Source of the DNA: an uncultured Lentisphaeria bacterium
GTDB lineage: Bacteria; Verrucomicrobiota; Lentisphaeria; Victivallales; UBA1829
Direction: 5' to 3'
NCBI GenBank assembly: GCA_949287225.1
Contig: CASEFP010000008.1
Span: 7,199 to 71,198 of the forward strand
DNA length: 64,000 bases
The translations under genes were made by a program, and so were the position numbers. Positions 36,597-47,484 of the stretch are shown here, one piece after another (the stretch's first letter is position 1; each line of letters opens with the position of its first letter). The notes under the pieces were generated by a model. It did not search any database and was not told the DNA's origin. It saw nothing but the letters and a program-made list of their open reading frames with translations.

Positions 36597-37481
36597 TTAT
36601 TTCAAAAGGGAGATCATCTGGGAAAGCGTATGGCGCATCCCCGGCGCCAGAGTGACGATGTCATCGCCGCAGTTGGCCGCTTCGACGCAGACCATTTTAT
36701 GGTACTCCTCATCGCCGAAATCGGCCATGTTTTTTGCTTTTTCGATCCACGGATTCCAGACGACCGTCGCATGTGAACCGGATTTCTCCACCAGAATCTT
36801 TCTCGCCATGACCGGGTCGATGATGGTGACCGCCGCGTCGGACGCGTAGATGTTGTCCGTCTCCGCCGTGAAGCCGAAGTCGCCTGCGCAGTGACAGCCG
36901 GGAATGTTCCCGCCGCCGGCGCGGTCGCAGTAGGTCGAGCCGCCGAGACCCGAAATCGTGACCTTTTCGATCTCGCCGACGGAGAAATACGTGTGAAGCG
37001 CGCCGCCGAGCGCAAAGGGGGTGTCGCCCTGATTGACCGTCGTGAGGCGCATGGAGAGTTTTGCGCCGAAATGGACTTCAAACACCGCGCCGAGACGGTG
37101 CGGTTCCGTGATGGAAAGTTCAAAGACAAGCGTATCCGATCCGTCGCTCTCCTTCCGGACGGCGGCCAGATTCCAGTATTGAATCCGCGCCACGCCGTGC
37201 ATCGGCTGCGCCGCCGGGCCGAACCAGGGCCAGCAGACCGGAACGCCGCCGCGGATTGCCTTCGGCGGAGCGTAAACGCTGCATTCCGAAACCATGATCA
37301 GATCTTTTTCTCCCTCGGGAACATAGGAGAGCACATGCGCGCCGAAGGGAGAGACCGCGCCTTTGCAGTAACGGTTTGAGACGAACGCGACAGGCAGCTG
37401 TGAATCGTGCCACGCGCCGAATGTGATGCTTTCCGATTCGAATTTTCCATTGAGTTCCGCGATCCGTTCCGCCGTATCCAT
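36597..37481 (-). CDS. Aldose 1-epimerase family (glucose-6-phosphate 1-epimerase, YeaD-like)
   Basis: [30 protein letters not shown] and HATVVWNPW. Confidence 0.8.
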   Translation of the reverse strand: MDTAERIAELNGKFESESITFGAWHDSQLPVAFVSNRYCKGAVSPFGAHVLSYVPEGEKDLIMVSECSVYAPPKAIRGGVPVCWPWFGPAAQPMHGVARIQYWNLAAVRKESDGSDTLVFELSITEPHRLGAVFEVHFGAKLSMRLTTVNQGDTPFALGGALHTYFSVGEIEKVTISGLGGSTYCDRAGGGNIPGCHCAGDFGFTAETDNIYASDAAVTIIDPVMARKILVEKSGSHATVVWNPWIEKAKNMADFGDEEYHKMVCVEAANCGDDIVTLAPGMRHTLSQMISLLK

Positions 37482-37642
37482 TTCCTGTTTCCGCCTTTCT
37501 GTTAAGGGTTGTTTCCGGAAACTATGCCATAAATTGCGCCGAAATCAAGTCTTTTGCACGTTTCTGTCTGGAAAAACACGCACAAGGCAATATAGTATCC
37601 GCCGAAACAGAAACAAAACGATGCAGCAGACGGGATTCAGCC

Positions 37643-40600
37643 ATGCAGAAACAGAAAAATACGGATCTCCTCCACACCGCGCTCCGCGAACGGATCCTGA
37701 TCCTCGACGGGGCGATGGGTACAATGCTTCAGAAACAGGGACTGACCGAGAAGGATTTCCGGGGCACGCGCTTTGCCTCTTCGGCAAAGGAGCTCAGGGG
37801 AAACAACGATGTGCTCTGCCTGACCTGTCCCGAGGCGGTCATGAAAGTTCACAACGCCTATCTGGAGGCGGGCGCGGACATCATCGAAACCAACACCTTC
37901 AACTCCAACGCCGTCTCGCAGGCGGACTACGGACTTCAGGATCTCGTCTACGAGCTGAACAAGGCGGGGGCGCAAGTCGCGAGAAAAGCCGCTGATGAAT
38001 GGACTGTCCGGACACCGGACAAACCGCGTTTCGTCGCAGGTTCGATCGGGCCGACCGGGCGGACCGCCTCGCTCTCCCCCGACGTGGCGAATCCCGCGCA
38101 GCGCAACATCACCTTCGACGAGCTCGCCGCCACATACAGAATCGCGGCGGCGGGGCTGATCGACGGCGGCGCGGACATTCTTCTCATTGAAACCGTCTTC
38201 GACACCCTGAACTGCAAGGCGGCGATTTACGGCATCGAATCGACCTTGCGCGAACGCGCTCTGCGCATCCCGATCATGATCTCCGGCACGGTCAGCGACG
38301 CCAGCGGGAGAATGCTTGCCGGGCAGAACGTCGAAGCCTTCCTGATCTCCGTTTCGCACGCGCCCGACCTCCTTTCGATCGGATTCAACTGCGCGCTCGG
38401 CGCTTCCGAAATGCGCCCTCATATCGCGGAACTTGCCGCAAAAGCCCCTTTCCTCGTCAGCGCGCACCCGAATGCGGGGCTCCCGGATGAACTCGGATGC
38501 TATTCGCAGACCCCCGAAATCATGGGGTCCATCCTCCGCGAGTTCGCCGAATCGCACCTTCTGAACATCGTCGGCGGCTGCTGCGGCACGACGCCGGCAC
38601 ACATCAAGGCGATTGCCGAAGCCGTCCGGGGCATTCCGCCGCGCCGGATTCCGGAAGTGAAAAAGTATTTCCGCCTGAGCGGACTCGATCCGCTGGTTGT
38701 CACGGAGAACACCAACTTCGTGAACATCGGGGAACGCACGAACGTCGCGGGCTCGAAAAAGTTCCTGAATCTGATCAGAAACGGCGACTACGAGGCGGCC
38801 GTGCACATCGCCCGGAGCCAGATTGAAAACGGTGCGCAGATCATCGACGTCAACATGGACGATGCGATGCTCGATTCACCGGAGGCGATGAAGCAGTTCC
38901 TTCTTTCCATCAGCGCGGAACCCGACATCGCCCGCGTTCCGGTCATGATCGACTCCTCGCGCTGGGATGTGATCGAAACCGGGCTCAAATGCGTGCAGGG
39001 TAAATGCGTGGTCAATTCCATCAGCCTCAAGGAAGGCGAGGAGGCGTTTCTGGAGAAGGCGCGCGGCATCCGCCGTTACGGAGGCGCGGTGCTGGTCATG
39101 GCGTTTGACGAAAACGGGCAGGCGGACACGCTCGCACGCCGGATCGCGGTCTGTGAACGCTCATTCCGTCTCCTCACGGAACAGGCGGGATTCCCGCCGG
39201 AGGACATCATCTTCGACCCGAACGTCTTCGCCGTCGCAACCGGAATGAAGGAGCACGACAACTACGCAAAGGATTTCATCGACGCGGTCGGAGCGATCCG
39301 CAAGACCATGCCGCTGTGTAAAATCAGCGGCGGCATCAGCAATGTCTCGTTCGCCTTCCGCGGCAACAACACCGTGCGCGAGGCGCTCCACAGCGTTTTT
39401 CTCTATCACGCGATCCGGAACGGTATGGATATGGGAATTGTCAACCCCGGACAGCTCGCTATCTACGAGGAGCTCCCCGCCGATCTGCGCGAAGCCGCCG
39501 AGGACGTCATTCTCAACCGCCGTCCCGACGCCGCCGAAAGGCTGATTGAAATCGCCGCACACTGTTGCGCGGACACCGCCGCACAAGCAAGAAGCACCGC
39601 CCCCGACTGGCGGAGCGAATCCCTTCCCGCCCGGATCGCCCACGCGATGCTCAAAGGCGACGACGCATTCATCGAGGCGGATATGGACGAGGCGCTCGGA
39701 ACATTCGACAATCCCGTGGAGATCATCGAAGGGCCTCTGATGGCGGCAATGAAACAGGTCGGCACACTCTTCGGTGAGGGCAAAATGTTTCTCCCGCAGG
39801 TCGTGAAGAGCGCCCGCGTGATGAAGAAGGCCGTCGGAAAGCTCCTGCCCGTCATCGAGGCGCGCAGAGGCGCTTCCGGCGCGGCATCCACCAGCGGCAC
39901 GATTGTCATTGCGACCGTGAAGGGCGATGTGCACGACATCGGGAAGAACATTGCAGGCGTTGTCCTTCAATGCAACAACTACCGGATCGTCGATCTCGGC
40001 GTCATGGTGCCGATGCAGACGATTCTGGACACGGCGGAAAAGGAGAAGGCCGATCTCATCGGACTGAGCGGACTCATCACGCCTTCGCTCGACGAAATGG
40101 CCGCAATTGCAAAAGAGATGGAGCGCCGCGGCATGAAAATCCCGCTGCTCCTCGGCGGCGCGACCACCTCCAAAGCGCATACGGCGCTCAAGGTTCAGCC
40201 CTGTTACAGCGGCCCCGTGGTTCACGCGCCCGACGCGTCGCAGGGGGTGCTTCTGGTCAATGCTCTGCTCAATCCGGAGACGCGGGAAGCCTTTCTCGAA
40301 AATCTGAAGAAGGAATATGCCGCAATCCGCGCCGAAGCCGAGGAGAAGCACGCGCCTCTTCTCCCGCTCGCGGAAGCGCGCGCCAACGCCCTCTCCACCG
40401 ACTGGGAAACGATTCCGAATGAGGCGCCCGCACATCCGGGAATCACGGATTATCCCGACGAAAAACCCGATGCGCTTCTGCCATACATCGACTGGGAGAT
40501 GTTCCTGAACACCTGGGAGCTCGAACACGCGGGCGCCGCTCCGCGCGAGGCGCTCCTGCGCGATGCCCGCGCGATGCTGGAGACAATCCGCAATGGCGCG

Positions 40601-41275
40601 CTTCTCCGCTGTTCGGGGTCCGCCGGACTCTATCCGGCGGCATCGGACGGAGACGATATCCTCGTTTATGATGATCCGTCTTGCAAAACCCTTCTCGCGC
40701 GCCTTCCGATGCTCCGCCAGCAGTGGAAAAAGAGCACGGGAAACAATCTCTCCCTCGCCGACTATCTGCCGCAGAAAAATTCCGGAAAGCACGGATGGAC
40801 AGGCTTCTTCGTCGTGACATGCGACGGAGCCGAAACTCAGGCAAAGCGTTACGCCGGACAGAATGACGACTACTCCGCTCTGCTGGTCAAGACGCTTGCC
40901 GACCGTCTGGCGGAGGCGTTCGCAGAACTCCTTTTCGAGCGTGTGCGGCGCGAACTCTGGGGCTATGAGAAAACCGCGTCTCCGGACGGCGGCGTGCGCG
41001 GGATCCGTCCCGCGCCCGGCTATCCCGCCGCGCCCGACCACAGGCTCAAGGCGGAGATTTTCCGTCTGCTCGGCGCGGAGAAGAAATTCGGCATGAAACT
41101 GACGGAATCATATATGATGCACCCCGCCGCGTCGGTCTGCGGCATCTATTTCGCCCACCCCGCGGCAAGGTATTTCGCCGTCGGACGGATCGGGGACGAC
41201 CAGCTCGCGGATTACGCGAAGCGTTCCGGCATCACGAAGGAAGAGGCCGCCGCGTTTCTCTCCTTTGCCGGATAA
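37643..41275 (+). CDS. metH: Cobalamin-dependent methionine synthase
   Basis: All modules are present: Hcy ([16 protein letters not shown]), pterin (NVIGERTN-like [10 protein letters not shown]), the B12 motif ([12 protein letters not shown]) and AdoMet activation (RPAPGYPA). Confidence 0.95.
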   Translation: MQKQKNTDLLHTALRERILILDGAMGTMLQKQGLTEKDFRGTRFASSAKELRGNNDVLCLTCPEAVMKVHNAYLEAGADIIETNTFNSNAVSQADYGLQDLVYELNKAGAQVARKAADEWTVRTPDKPRFVAGSIGPTGRTASLSPDVANPAQRNITFDELAATYRIAAAGLIDGGADILLIETVFDTLNCKAAIYGIESTLRERALRIPIMISGTVSDASGRMLAGQNVEAFLISVSHAPDLLSIGFNCALGASEMRPHIAELAAKAPFLVSAHPNAGLPDELGCYSQTPEIMGSILREFAESHLLNIVGGCCGTTPAHIKAIAEAVRGIPPRRIPEVKKYFRLSGLDPLVVTENTNFVNIGERTNVAGSKKFLNLIRNGDYEAAVHIARSQIENGAQIIDVNMDDAMLDSPEAMKQFLLSISAEPDIARVPVMIDSSRWDVIETGLKCVQGKCVVNSISLKEGEEAFLEKARGIRRYGGAVLVMAFDENGQADTLARRIAVCERSFRLLTEQAGFPPEDIIFDPNVFAVATGMKEHDNYAKDFIDAVGAIRKTMPLCKISGGISNVSFAFRGNNTVREALHSVFLYHAIRNGMDMGIVNPGQLAIYEELPADLREAAEDVILNRRPDAAERLIEIAAHCCADTAAQARSTAPDWRSESLPARIAHAMLKGDDAFIEADMDEALGTFDNPVEIIEGPLMAAMKQVGTLFGEGKMFLPQVVKSARVMKKAVGKLLPVIEARRGASGAASTSGTIVIATVKGDVHDIGKNIAGVVLQCNNYRIVDLGVMVPMQTILDTAEKEKADLIGLSGLITPSLDEMAAIAKEMERRGMKIPLLLGGATTSKAHTALKVQPCYSGPVVHAPDASQGVLLVNALLNPETREAFLENLKKEYAAIRAEAEEKHAPLLPLAEARANALSTDWETIPNEAPAHPGITDYPDEKPDALLPYIDWEMFLNTWELEHAGAAPREALLRDARAMLETIRNGALLRCSGSAGLYPAASDGDDILVYDDPSCKTLLARLPMLRQQWKKSTGNNLSLADYLPQKNSGKHGWTGFFVVTCDGAETQAKRYAGQNDDYSALLVKTLADRLAEAFAELLFERVRRELWGYEKTASPDGGVRGIRPAPGYPAAPDHRLKAEIFRLLGAEKKFGMKLTESYMMHPAASVCGIYFAHPAARYFAVGRIGDDQLADYAKRSGITKEEAAAFLSFAG

Positions 41276-41295
41276 GGGGCCAGCCTGGAATTCCG

Positions 41296-41330
41296 AAAAA
41301 AAAGCCCCGCAGAAAACTGCGGGGCTTTTT
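41296..41330. terminator. Bidirectional rho-independent terminator (metH / lpdA)
   Basis: A8, then gccccgcag-aaaa-ctgcggggc (perfect 9-bp stem), then T5. Confidence 0.9.
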
Positions 41331-41352
41331 CCATAGCGACTGCTTCGGGAAG

Positions 41353-42753
41353 TTATTTTTTCTTCCGGGAGGGAATGTGCGCGGACTCGCCGTGAACGGC
41401 GTGCGCGGCCTCCATCATGGCTTCGCCGAGGGTCGGATGAGCGTGAATCGCCTTGCCGAGCTCTCTTGCTGTGATTTCGAGATGCAGCGCGGGGCACGCC
41501 TCGGCAATCAGATCCGTGGCATGCGGCCCGACAATATGAATGCCGAGCACCTGATCGGTTTTCGCGTCCGCGATGATCTTGCAGAAGCCGACCGTCTCAT
41601 TGATCGCCATTGCCTTGCCGAGCGCGGCAAACGGGAACTTGCCGACCTTCGTCTCGATCCCTTCCTTGTCACACTGTTCCTGGCTCTTACCGACGGAACC
41701 GATTTCCGGCGACGTGAAGATGCATCCGGGGACAAGGCTTCCGTCAAACGCGTTCTTCTTTCCGCAGGCGACATCCGCCGCGACGACGCCCATCGCGCTT
41801 GCGGCATGGGCGAGCTGCCAGGAGCCGGTTGCATCGCCGATCGCGAAGATGCCGGGGACATTCGTCCGGCAGGTGGCGTCCACCGGGATCCAGCCGCGTT
41901 CGTTGGTCTTGACGCCGCTCGCCGCAATGTTCATGCCGTCAAGCGCAGGCTTGCGGCCGATCGAAACCAGAAGGTAATCGGCGGAAACCGTCAGGTCGCC
42001 GACCTTGCCGCTGACGCCGTTGTCATCCGCCTTGAGGTCGCCGAGCGGCTTGCCGTTCATGATCTCGATTCCCATCTTGCGCATCTGGGCAGCCACGACA
42101 CCGGAGGTCTCGCGGTCGATGTTGGGCATGATGCTTTCGAGCATTTCCACGATCGTGACCTTGGTCCCGAGCTCGGCAAACAGACACGCGAACTCGCAGC
42201 CGATCACACCGCCGCCGAGAATCAGCAGCGACTTGGGAATTTCCGGAATCGAAAGCAGTTCTGTTGAGGTGATGACGCGCTTTCCTTTCGGGATGAAGCC
42301 CGGCACAAGCGTTTCGGAACCGCTGGCGATGATGATCTTGTCCGCCGTGATCTCCTCGACAGGAGCGCCCTCGGCATCCACGACCTTCACCGTTTTTCTG
42401 GAGGTAAAGGCGCCGTGCCCCTTGAAGACCGTAACACCCGCCGCCTTGAGCAGGGAGCCGATTCCGCCGCGAAGCGTTTTGATGACGGACTCCTTGCGCG
42501 CAAGCATGGCTTCCCAGTCGGGGGTGACGTCCCCTGTGATTTTCACGCCGAACTCCATCGCGTGGCGCGCCTTGTGGTAGACATCAACTCCGGCGATCAG
42601 GGTCTTGGTCGGAATGCATCCGATGTTCAGGCACGTTCCGCCAAACTCCCTGCGTTCGACAAGCGCCGTTTTCGCTCCGTTTTTCGCAGCTCTGATCGCC
42701 GCGACGTATCCGCCCGGACCGCCGCCGATCACCAATACTTCAAATTCCTGCAT
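41353..42753 (-). CDS. lpdA: Dihydrolipoyl dehydrogenase
   Basis: VIGGGPGGYVAAIRAA, the redox disulfide GGTCLNIGCIPTK and the C-terminal HAHPTLGE. Confidence 0.92.
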   Translation of the reverse strand: MQEFEVLVIGGGPGGYVAAIRAAKNGAKTALVERREFGGTCLNIGCIPTKTLIAGVDVYHKARHAMEFGVKITGDVTPDWEAMLARKESVIKTLRGGIGSLLKAAGVTVFKGHGAFTSRKTVKVVDAEGAPVEEITADKIIIASGSETLVPGFIPKGKRVITSTELLSIPEIPKSLLILGGGVIGCEFACLFAELGTKVTIVEMLESIMPNIDRETSGVVAAQMRKMGIEIMNGKPLGDLKADDNGVSGKVGDLTVSADYLLVSIGRKPALDGMNIAASGVKTNERGWIPVDATCRTNVPGIFAIGDATGSWQLAHAASAMGVVAADVACGKKNAFDGSLVPGCIFTSPEIGSVGKSQEQCDKEGIETKVGKFPFAALGKAMAINETVGFCKIIADAKTDQVLGIHIVGPHATDLIAEACPALHLEITARELGKAIHAHPTLGEAMMEAAHAVHGESAHIPSRKKK

Positions 42754-42783
42754 GATGACATGCCTCCCTTTCCTTTGGTTGGG

Positions 42784-44445
42784 TTATGCAGAATGTTTTT
42801 TAATCAGCTGATTGATTTTCGCCCGCACGGCAAGCATGTTCTTTTCGCCGCGCGGATAATTCGCCATGCTCAGTTTTCCGCCGGGGGAGAGCTTGTCAAG
42901 CTCCCTGAGAATCTTCTCCCGCGGCATCATCGTTTCCAGAAGCTGCATGGCGCGCTGATCCTGAAGCCCCTCGCGGAACACTTCGTAGCGGATGGAATCC
43001 TCGGGCTTTCCGTCCTTCCCCGGATAAACAAGGAATGGATCGCCCGCCGGAAACGCGCAGCCGGAATCCGTGCATCGATAGGGATCAATCGGATAGCGCG
43101 AGAGCTGCGAGAAATAGAAGTTGAATCCCCAGTGGAGGAATCCGACAATGTCGAAATAATAGAGCTGGGTTCCGAGAATGCGGTTGCGCGAGGACGGCAT
43201 GTGAAGGAACCGATTGGAATACGTTACCGTCGGCCCGCAGCAGTAATAGGTCCAGCGTTCTTTCATTCCAGCGGCAAGGAACTCTTCCAGATGCGCTTCG
43301 GACGGCACCGGCGTCGTGACAATCCCCTGCCTGTAATAATCCACGCTTGAGAGGGCGTCCATGATCTTGAATCCCTTCAGAAGCCGGTGCAGCAACGCGG
43401 ACGCCTTCCCGTAGGTGTCGATGTGCGGCGGCGTCGGTTCGTCGGAACAGTGGAAATAGACCTTGTTCCGGAGTTTGTTCTTCCGGAGATACGCAGTCAG
43501 TTCCGGCAGAAAGGCCTCCAGAAAGCCGGTGTATTCCTTCGAGTCGGATTTCACATCCCATCCGAAAATGCGTTTCTCCACGCCGTCGACCTTCGCGATG
43601 ATTTTCGGGGTGAATCCCGCGCCCCACTGGGTGAAGAGGTGGGAAATCTCAAAATATCTGATCCCGCACTTCTTCGCGAGCGCGATCCAGCGGTTGAGTT
43701 TCGCAAAGCCGAACGAGTAGCGTCCTTTTTTCAAGGTCACATCGACAAGCTGGACGGTCGGGCGCTCCGTTCCGGGCTTTGTGTCGAGCGGGGGCGTGAA
43801 AATCGGCGTCAGAATCATGTTGATCCCGTGTTCCGCGGCGTTTTTCATGAAGTTCCCGACGATGCGCCAGTAATCTTCGCTGAACACATCCATCCTGTAA
43901 TAAACCGCAAGGCAGTCGGTATAGAACCAGTGGGTGTTGATGAGTTTCTGCGCGGGCAGCTGCGCAGGCAGCACCTCCAGCATGAAGGAGAGTTTTTCGC
44001 GGACCGGTTTCTCCTCCGTTCCCGGAAAATCGGCGGAAAGCTTCACGTCGATCCGGTATTTTCCGGGCTTGCAGTTCTTCGGCACGGCGACCTTGAACCA
44101 GAGGGAGCGCCACTGATTGAAAACCGCCTCCACGGCACTGTTTTCCAGTTCGGAAAGGATGTCGGGAAAAAGTCCGGGGTCGCACGTAAGATAATCATCG
44201 TCGAAATTAATGCCCGTATATTCGCCGGGGACCAGATTCACACGCCGGACGGAAATGGCTTTTTTCAGTTCGGATTCCACTTCAACGCGGATTTCCGTCC
44301 GGTTGAAGTCCACCGGATTGTAAGCAAGCTGGAAGGAGAACACCTCTCCCTGAAGCGCCGTTCCCGAACGGAAGGGTTCAGACTCCGGCTCCTTCGCCGG
44401 AAAAACTTTTACGAGAGAACTGCACCATTTGGTTTTAAGTTCCAT
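42784..44445 (-). CDS. DUF4091 / GH123-like glycoside hydrolase family protein
   Basis: N-terminal SSLVKVFP..., central TIM-barrel-like region and C-terminal WTYYCCGP...LHWGFNFY pattern, recalled from DUF4091 proteins. Not verified by search. Confidence 0.55.
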   Translation of the reverse strand: MELKTKWCSSLVKVFPAKEPESEPFRSGTALQGEVFSFQLAYNPVDFNRTEIRVEVESELKKAISVRRVNLVPGEYTGINFDDDYLTCDPGLFPDILSELENSAVEAVFNQWRSLWFKVAVPKNCKPGKYRIDVKLSADFPGTEEKPVREKLSFMLEVLPAQLPAQKLINTHWFYTDCLAVYYRMDVFSEDYWRIVGNFMKNAAEHGINMILTPIFTPPLDTKPGTERPTVQLVDVTLKKGRYSFGFAKLNRWIALAKKCGIRYFEISHLFTQWGAGFTPKIIAKVDGVEKRIFGWDVKSDSKEYTGFLEAFLPELTAYLRKNKLRNKVYFHCSDEPTPPHIDTYGKASALLHRLLKGFKIMDALSSVDYYRQGIVTTPVPSEAHLEEFLAAGMKERWTYYCCGPTVTYSNRFLHMPSSRNRILGTQLYYFDIVGFLHWGFNFYFSQLSRYPIDPYRCTDSGCAFPAGDPFLVYPGKDGKPEDSIRYEVFREGLQDQRAMQLLETMMPREKILRELDKLSPGGKLSMANYPRGEKNMLAVRAKINQLIKKHSA

Positions 44446-44512
44446 GACAGACCGAAACTCCCTGTTGTTTGATTGATCGCGGTATTGTTTTTGTTTCTCT
44501 ATTCCAGACTGT

Positions 44513-44851
44513 TCAAATTCCCAGACTGGAGAGCATCATGCAGATACCGTTGATGACCTTGACAAGCTGCGGGTGCGTCACCTCAAAGCCGCCAACCGCA
44601 TCACGGAGCTCGGCGGCGGAAACATCCACCTTCTCCGGATCGACGCCGTTCTCATCGGTCACTGCAAGCGAAAGCGCCTCGGCGTGCTTCGCAATGTGGA
44701 GGGCCTCCTCGCGGTTCACATCCGCAATTTTGTCCAGTTCCTCCTTGAGTTCGTCCACAAGATCGAACAGCTTGTCCTTCCGGTCATCCGGAAGATTCGC
44801 CTCGGCGATTTTTTCCCTGATGTGCTCAATCGTCCTGTCGGGCATATCCAT
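44513..44851 (-). CDS. DUF4404-like small protein
   Basis: Charged helical N-terminus and C-terminal THPQLVKVINGICMMLSSLGI, recalled as DUF4404-like. Confidence 0.55.
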   Translation of the reverse strand: MDMPDRTIEHIREKIAEANLPDDRKDKLFDLVDELKEELDKIADVNREEALHIAKHAEALSLAVTDENGVDPEKVDVSAAELRDAVGGFEVTHPQLVKVINGICMMLSSLGI

Positions 44852-44863
44852 CGTCTCCTTTTC

Positions 44864-46660
44864 TTATTTTCTCAGATCGCCCATGCTGACCGGCGTGAAC
44901 GCCTCCCGCGTCTCCGCCCGAAGCTCCGGATCCACGGAAAGATATTTCCACGAATGGAATCCAAAGGCATGCGGCACGTAGTTCGTCACCCATTTATGTG
45001 TCAACATAAACGCAACTGTATAACTTTCAAATATCCACGGGCATTTTTCCGCAAGAAGTTTCGACATTTTTTCATATTTTGCCGTTCTTTCCGGCGAATC
45101 GGGCATCGGACGGATCTCCTCATACATCGAATCGAACGCGGCGTCGCGGAAGAAAAGACGGTTGCAGCTGTCGCTGTTCGGCCCGTAAAAAAGCTGGAGA
45201 AAATTCTCCGCGTCGGGATAGTCGGCGGTCCACGAGAGCCGGAACAGCTGGAAGCGCCCCTGGTTGAGCTTCTGGAAAAAACGCGAACGGTTGTTGAATT
45301 CGGGGCGCACGACAATTCCGATCCGTTTGAAATCGGTCGCCAGCAGTTCGGCAAGCTGGCGGTAGAGCGTGCTGCTGCCCGCCTGATCAAACGAGAGTTC
45401 CAGCGCTTCTCCCGTTTTCGGGTCGATGCCGTCCGGATACCCCGCTCTGCGCAGATACTCCCGCGCAAGCTCCACATTGAATGATCCGAACGATGACGCA
45501 TTTTTTTCGAGATGCCCGGCAACCCCCGGCGGAACGGGTCCGGTCGCCGGGATCAGGCGGCCGTTGGACATCCGGCAGCGCAGATCCCGGTCGAAGGCGA
45601 GGCTGAGCGCCCGCCGGAGATCGGGATTAGCTCCCAGAACGGGATCGGAAAAGTTGAACCCGATGTAGTTGATCTGGAGATCGGGCGCGGAAATCAGGCG
45701 GATCCCGCGTGCCCGGAGCGCCGGGGAAAGTTCCATTTTGTCATTCACAACCGCTTCAAAGTTCTCCTCGCCGAGCGCACAGTAGTCGAGCTCCCCCTGA
45801 AGGAACATCAGCCATGAGGCCAGCGGCTGTTTCACCAGATAGCAGGTGATCGTGTCGAGAAGCGGAAGCACTCTGGAACGGTCGGCGGGATTTTCCGCGG
45901 AGGCGTAGAACTCCTTCCGGTAGTCGGGGTTGCGCTTCATTTCAATGACGAAATCCTTCCGCCAGTGCGTGACGGAAAAAGGCCCGCTCCCGGCAGGATG
46001 ATCGGCGAAGGTATCGCGGTAATATTCCACCGCCTTCCGCGACACCGCCGAAAAATAGGGCATCGCCATCGCGTAAAGAAAGCGAGGATCGGATTTTTCA
46101 AGCTCGATTTCAAACGTCAGATCGTCCAGAATGCGGATCCCTTCGCAAAGCGTGTCATAAGGCGTCATGTCGTAAGGTTCCGCCGCGGCGGTTCTTTTCC
46201 GGAATTCGCCGATCCCTCTGATCCGGTCGCGGATCAGCCAGTAGCCGGTCGAACGGACTCGGGCGTCGGCAAGCCGCAGAATCGAGAACGCAATGTCGCG
46301 GGCAGTGATCCTGCGCGAGGCGCGGTCAGGAAAACAGGGGGCATCCTGAAAATAGAGATCGTCGCGCAGACGGCAGCGGAAGAGCCGCATCTCCTTCGAG
46401 ACAGAGGGCATCTCCGCAAGCATGGAGCACTCCAGTCGGTAGGGCCGCTCCCGGTGGGAATACTGCAGAAGCGTGTCATACAGCGCGCCCGCGATTGACT
46501 GGCTCGCCGTGTCCGCCGCGAGCGCGGGGTCCAGCGTCGTGATCCGTGTTCCGAGAGAGATCGTCAGCGACCTTGCAGGCGTCCGCTCCGCCCGCGGAGA
46601 GCACGAAACGAAAAGAAGCGCCATGCAGGACAAGAGAACCGGAGAAACCATTCGCAGCAT
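44864..46660 (-). CDS. Family 5 (peptide/oligosaccharide, OppA-like) ABC substrate-binding lipoprotein, orphan
   Basis: Lipobox LLFVSC. LTISLGTRITTLDPALAADTASQSIAGALYDTLLQY. No permease or ATPase genes are adjacent. Confidence 0.8.
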   Translation of the reverse strand: MLRMVSPVLLSCMALLFVSCSPRAERTPARSLTISLGTRITTLDPALAADTASQSIAGALYDTLLQYSHRERPYRLECSMLAEMPSVSKEMRLFRCRLRDDLYFQDAPCFPDRASRRITARDIAFSILRLADARVRSTGYWLIRDRIRGIGEFRKRTAAAEPYDMTPYDTLCEGIRILDDLTFEIELEKSDPRFLYAMAMPYFSAVSRKAVEYYRDTFADHPAGSGPFSVTHWRKDFVIEMKRNPDYRKEFYASAENPADRSRVLPLLDTITCYLVKQPLASWLMFLQGELDYCALGEENFEAVVNDKMELSPALRARGIRLISAPDLQINYIGFNFSDPVLGANPDLRRALSLAFDRDLRCRMSNGRLIPATGPVPPGVAGHLEKNASSFGSFNVELAREYLRRAGYPDGIDPKTGEALELSFDQAGSSTLYRQLAELLATDFKRIGIVVRPEFNNRSRFFQKLNQGRFQLFRLSWTADYPDAENFLQLFYGPNSDSCNRLFFRDAAFDSMYEEIRPMPDSPERTAKYEKMSKLLAEKCPWIFESYTVAFMLTHKWVTNYVPHAFGFHSWKYLSVDPELRAETREAFTPVSMGDLRK

Positions 46661-46693
46661 AGAAAACTCTTTCCGTGAAGCCAGAAGCAGGAA

Positions 46694-47341
46694 TTACCCG
46701 CCTTTTTCCGCGCGGATCGACCGGACGGCCTCGACGGCCTGAGCAGCATTTTCCGTGATGCGTTTCCAGTCCTTCGCCTCGATCAGTTCCTGAGGAGCAA
46801 TCCAGGGGGCGCTGACGGCGACAACCTCGCGGTGTTTCAGATAGCCGCGCATATTCTCCGGCGTAATGCCGCCCTTGACGAAGAACTCGATTCCGAGATG
46901 AAGGAACGGTTCCGCAATTGCGGCAAGTGCCTCCACGCCGCCGCTCTGCTCGGCGGGAAAGAACTGAAACTCCGTGACGCCGCTGAGCATCGCCATCTGG
47001 ATGTTGGATGCCGTGCAGACCCCCGGCGCAAATACAATCCGCAGGCTGCACGCCTCACGGACCATCTCCATTTCAGTTCCCGGCGAAAAGGCGAAGCGGG
47101 CGCTCGAGTCAACCGCCCGGACAAGCTGATCCTTGTTCAGGATGTTTCCGACGCCGATGACGAAGTCGGGCATTTCACGGGCGATTCTGCGGATCGCCCG
47201 GCTGTGGGCGAAAGTGCGGAACACAAGTTCCATAACGGGAAGGCCGCCGGACTGGAGCGCCCGCGCCGTAAGGAGCGCCTCCTCCTCGGTCTCGGCCTTC
47301 ACGAACGGAACGACACCGAACTCTCTCAAATTGCTGAACAT
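46694..47341 (-). CDS. eda: KDPG/KHG aldolase (Eda) family protein with Gln at the Schiff-base Lys position
   Basis: Aligns by eye to E. coli Eda along its length (VMELVFRT, FAFSPG, PGVCTASN, TEFQFFPAEQSGG, VKGGITPEN). The codon 46964-46966 (cag on the coding strand) sits where K133 is expected. ATG at 47341; the track ORF starts at a TTG at 47347. Confidence 0.75.
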   Translation of the reverse strand: MFSNLREFGVVPFVKAETEEEALLTARALQSGGLPVMELVFRTFAHSRAIRRIAREMPDFVIGVGNILNKDQLVRAVDSSARFAFSPGTEMEMVREACSLRIVFAPGVCTASNIQMAMLSGVTEFQFFPAEQSGGVEALAAIAEPFLHLGIEFFVKGGITPENMRGYLKHREVVAVSAPWIAPQELIEAKDWKRITENAAQAVEAVRSIRAEKGG

Positions 47342-47484
47342 TGGCAAATCCTTGCAAAATGTAATGGATATTTTAAAATTATGGCGTAAATTACCACATA
47401 TCCTTATAAAATGATACGCAAATGCGCGGGAAACAAGTCATATTCAGGATAAATTTTAATTTTTTTTCAGAACAAGGAGGCATC

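Noticed and set aside
37482-37642. Possible cobalamin, SAM or SAH riboswitch upstream of metH
   Set aside because: I could not find the conserved B12-box or SAM-riboswitch core sequences, or a convincing multi-helix fold, by eye in this 160-nt leader. A cmscan would be needed, and no claim is made.
39161-41041. 626-aa minus-strand ORF, together with similar long antisense ORFs at 34548-36113, 55154-56368, 61564-63141, 56615-57640, 47467-48741 and 9016-10182
   Set aside because: Each lies opposite a well-supported gene: metH, the AI-2E permease, the giant enzyme, the Gfo/enolase genes, purD, and GT2/queE. All have Arg/Gly/Pro-rich compositions typical of out-of-frame GC-rich sequence.
47416-47428. 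PurR-box-like half-site ACGCAAATGCGCG upstream of purD
   Set aside because: Only the left half (ACGCAAA) resembles the E. coli PUR box. The right half does not complete the 16-bp palindrome, and PurR-type regulation is not established for this lineage.
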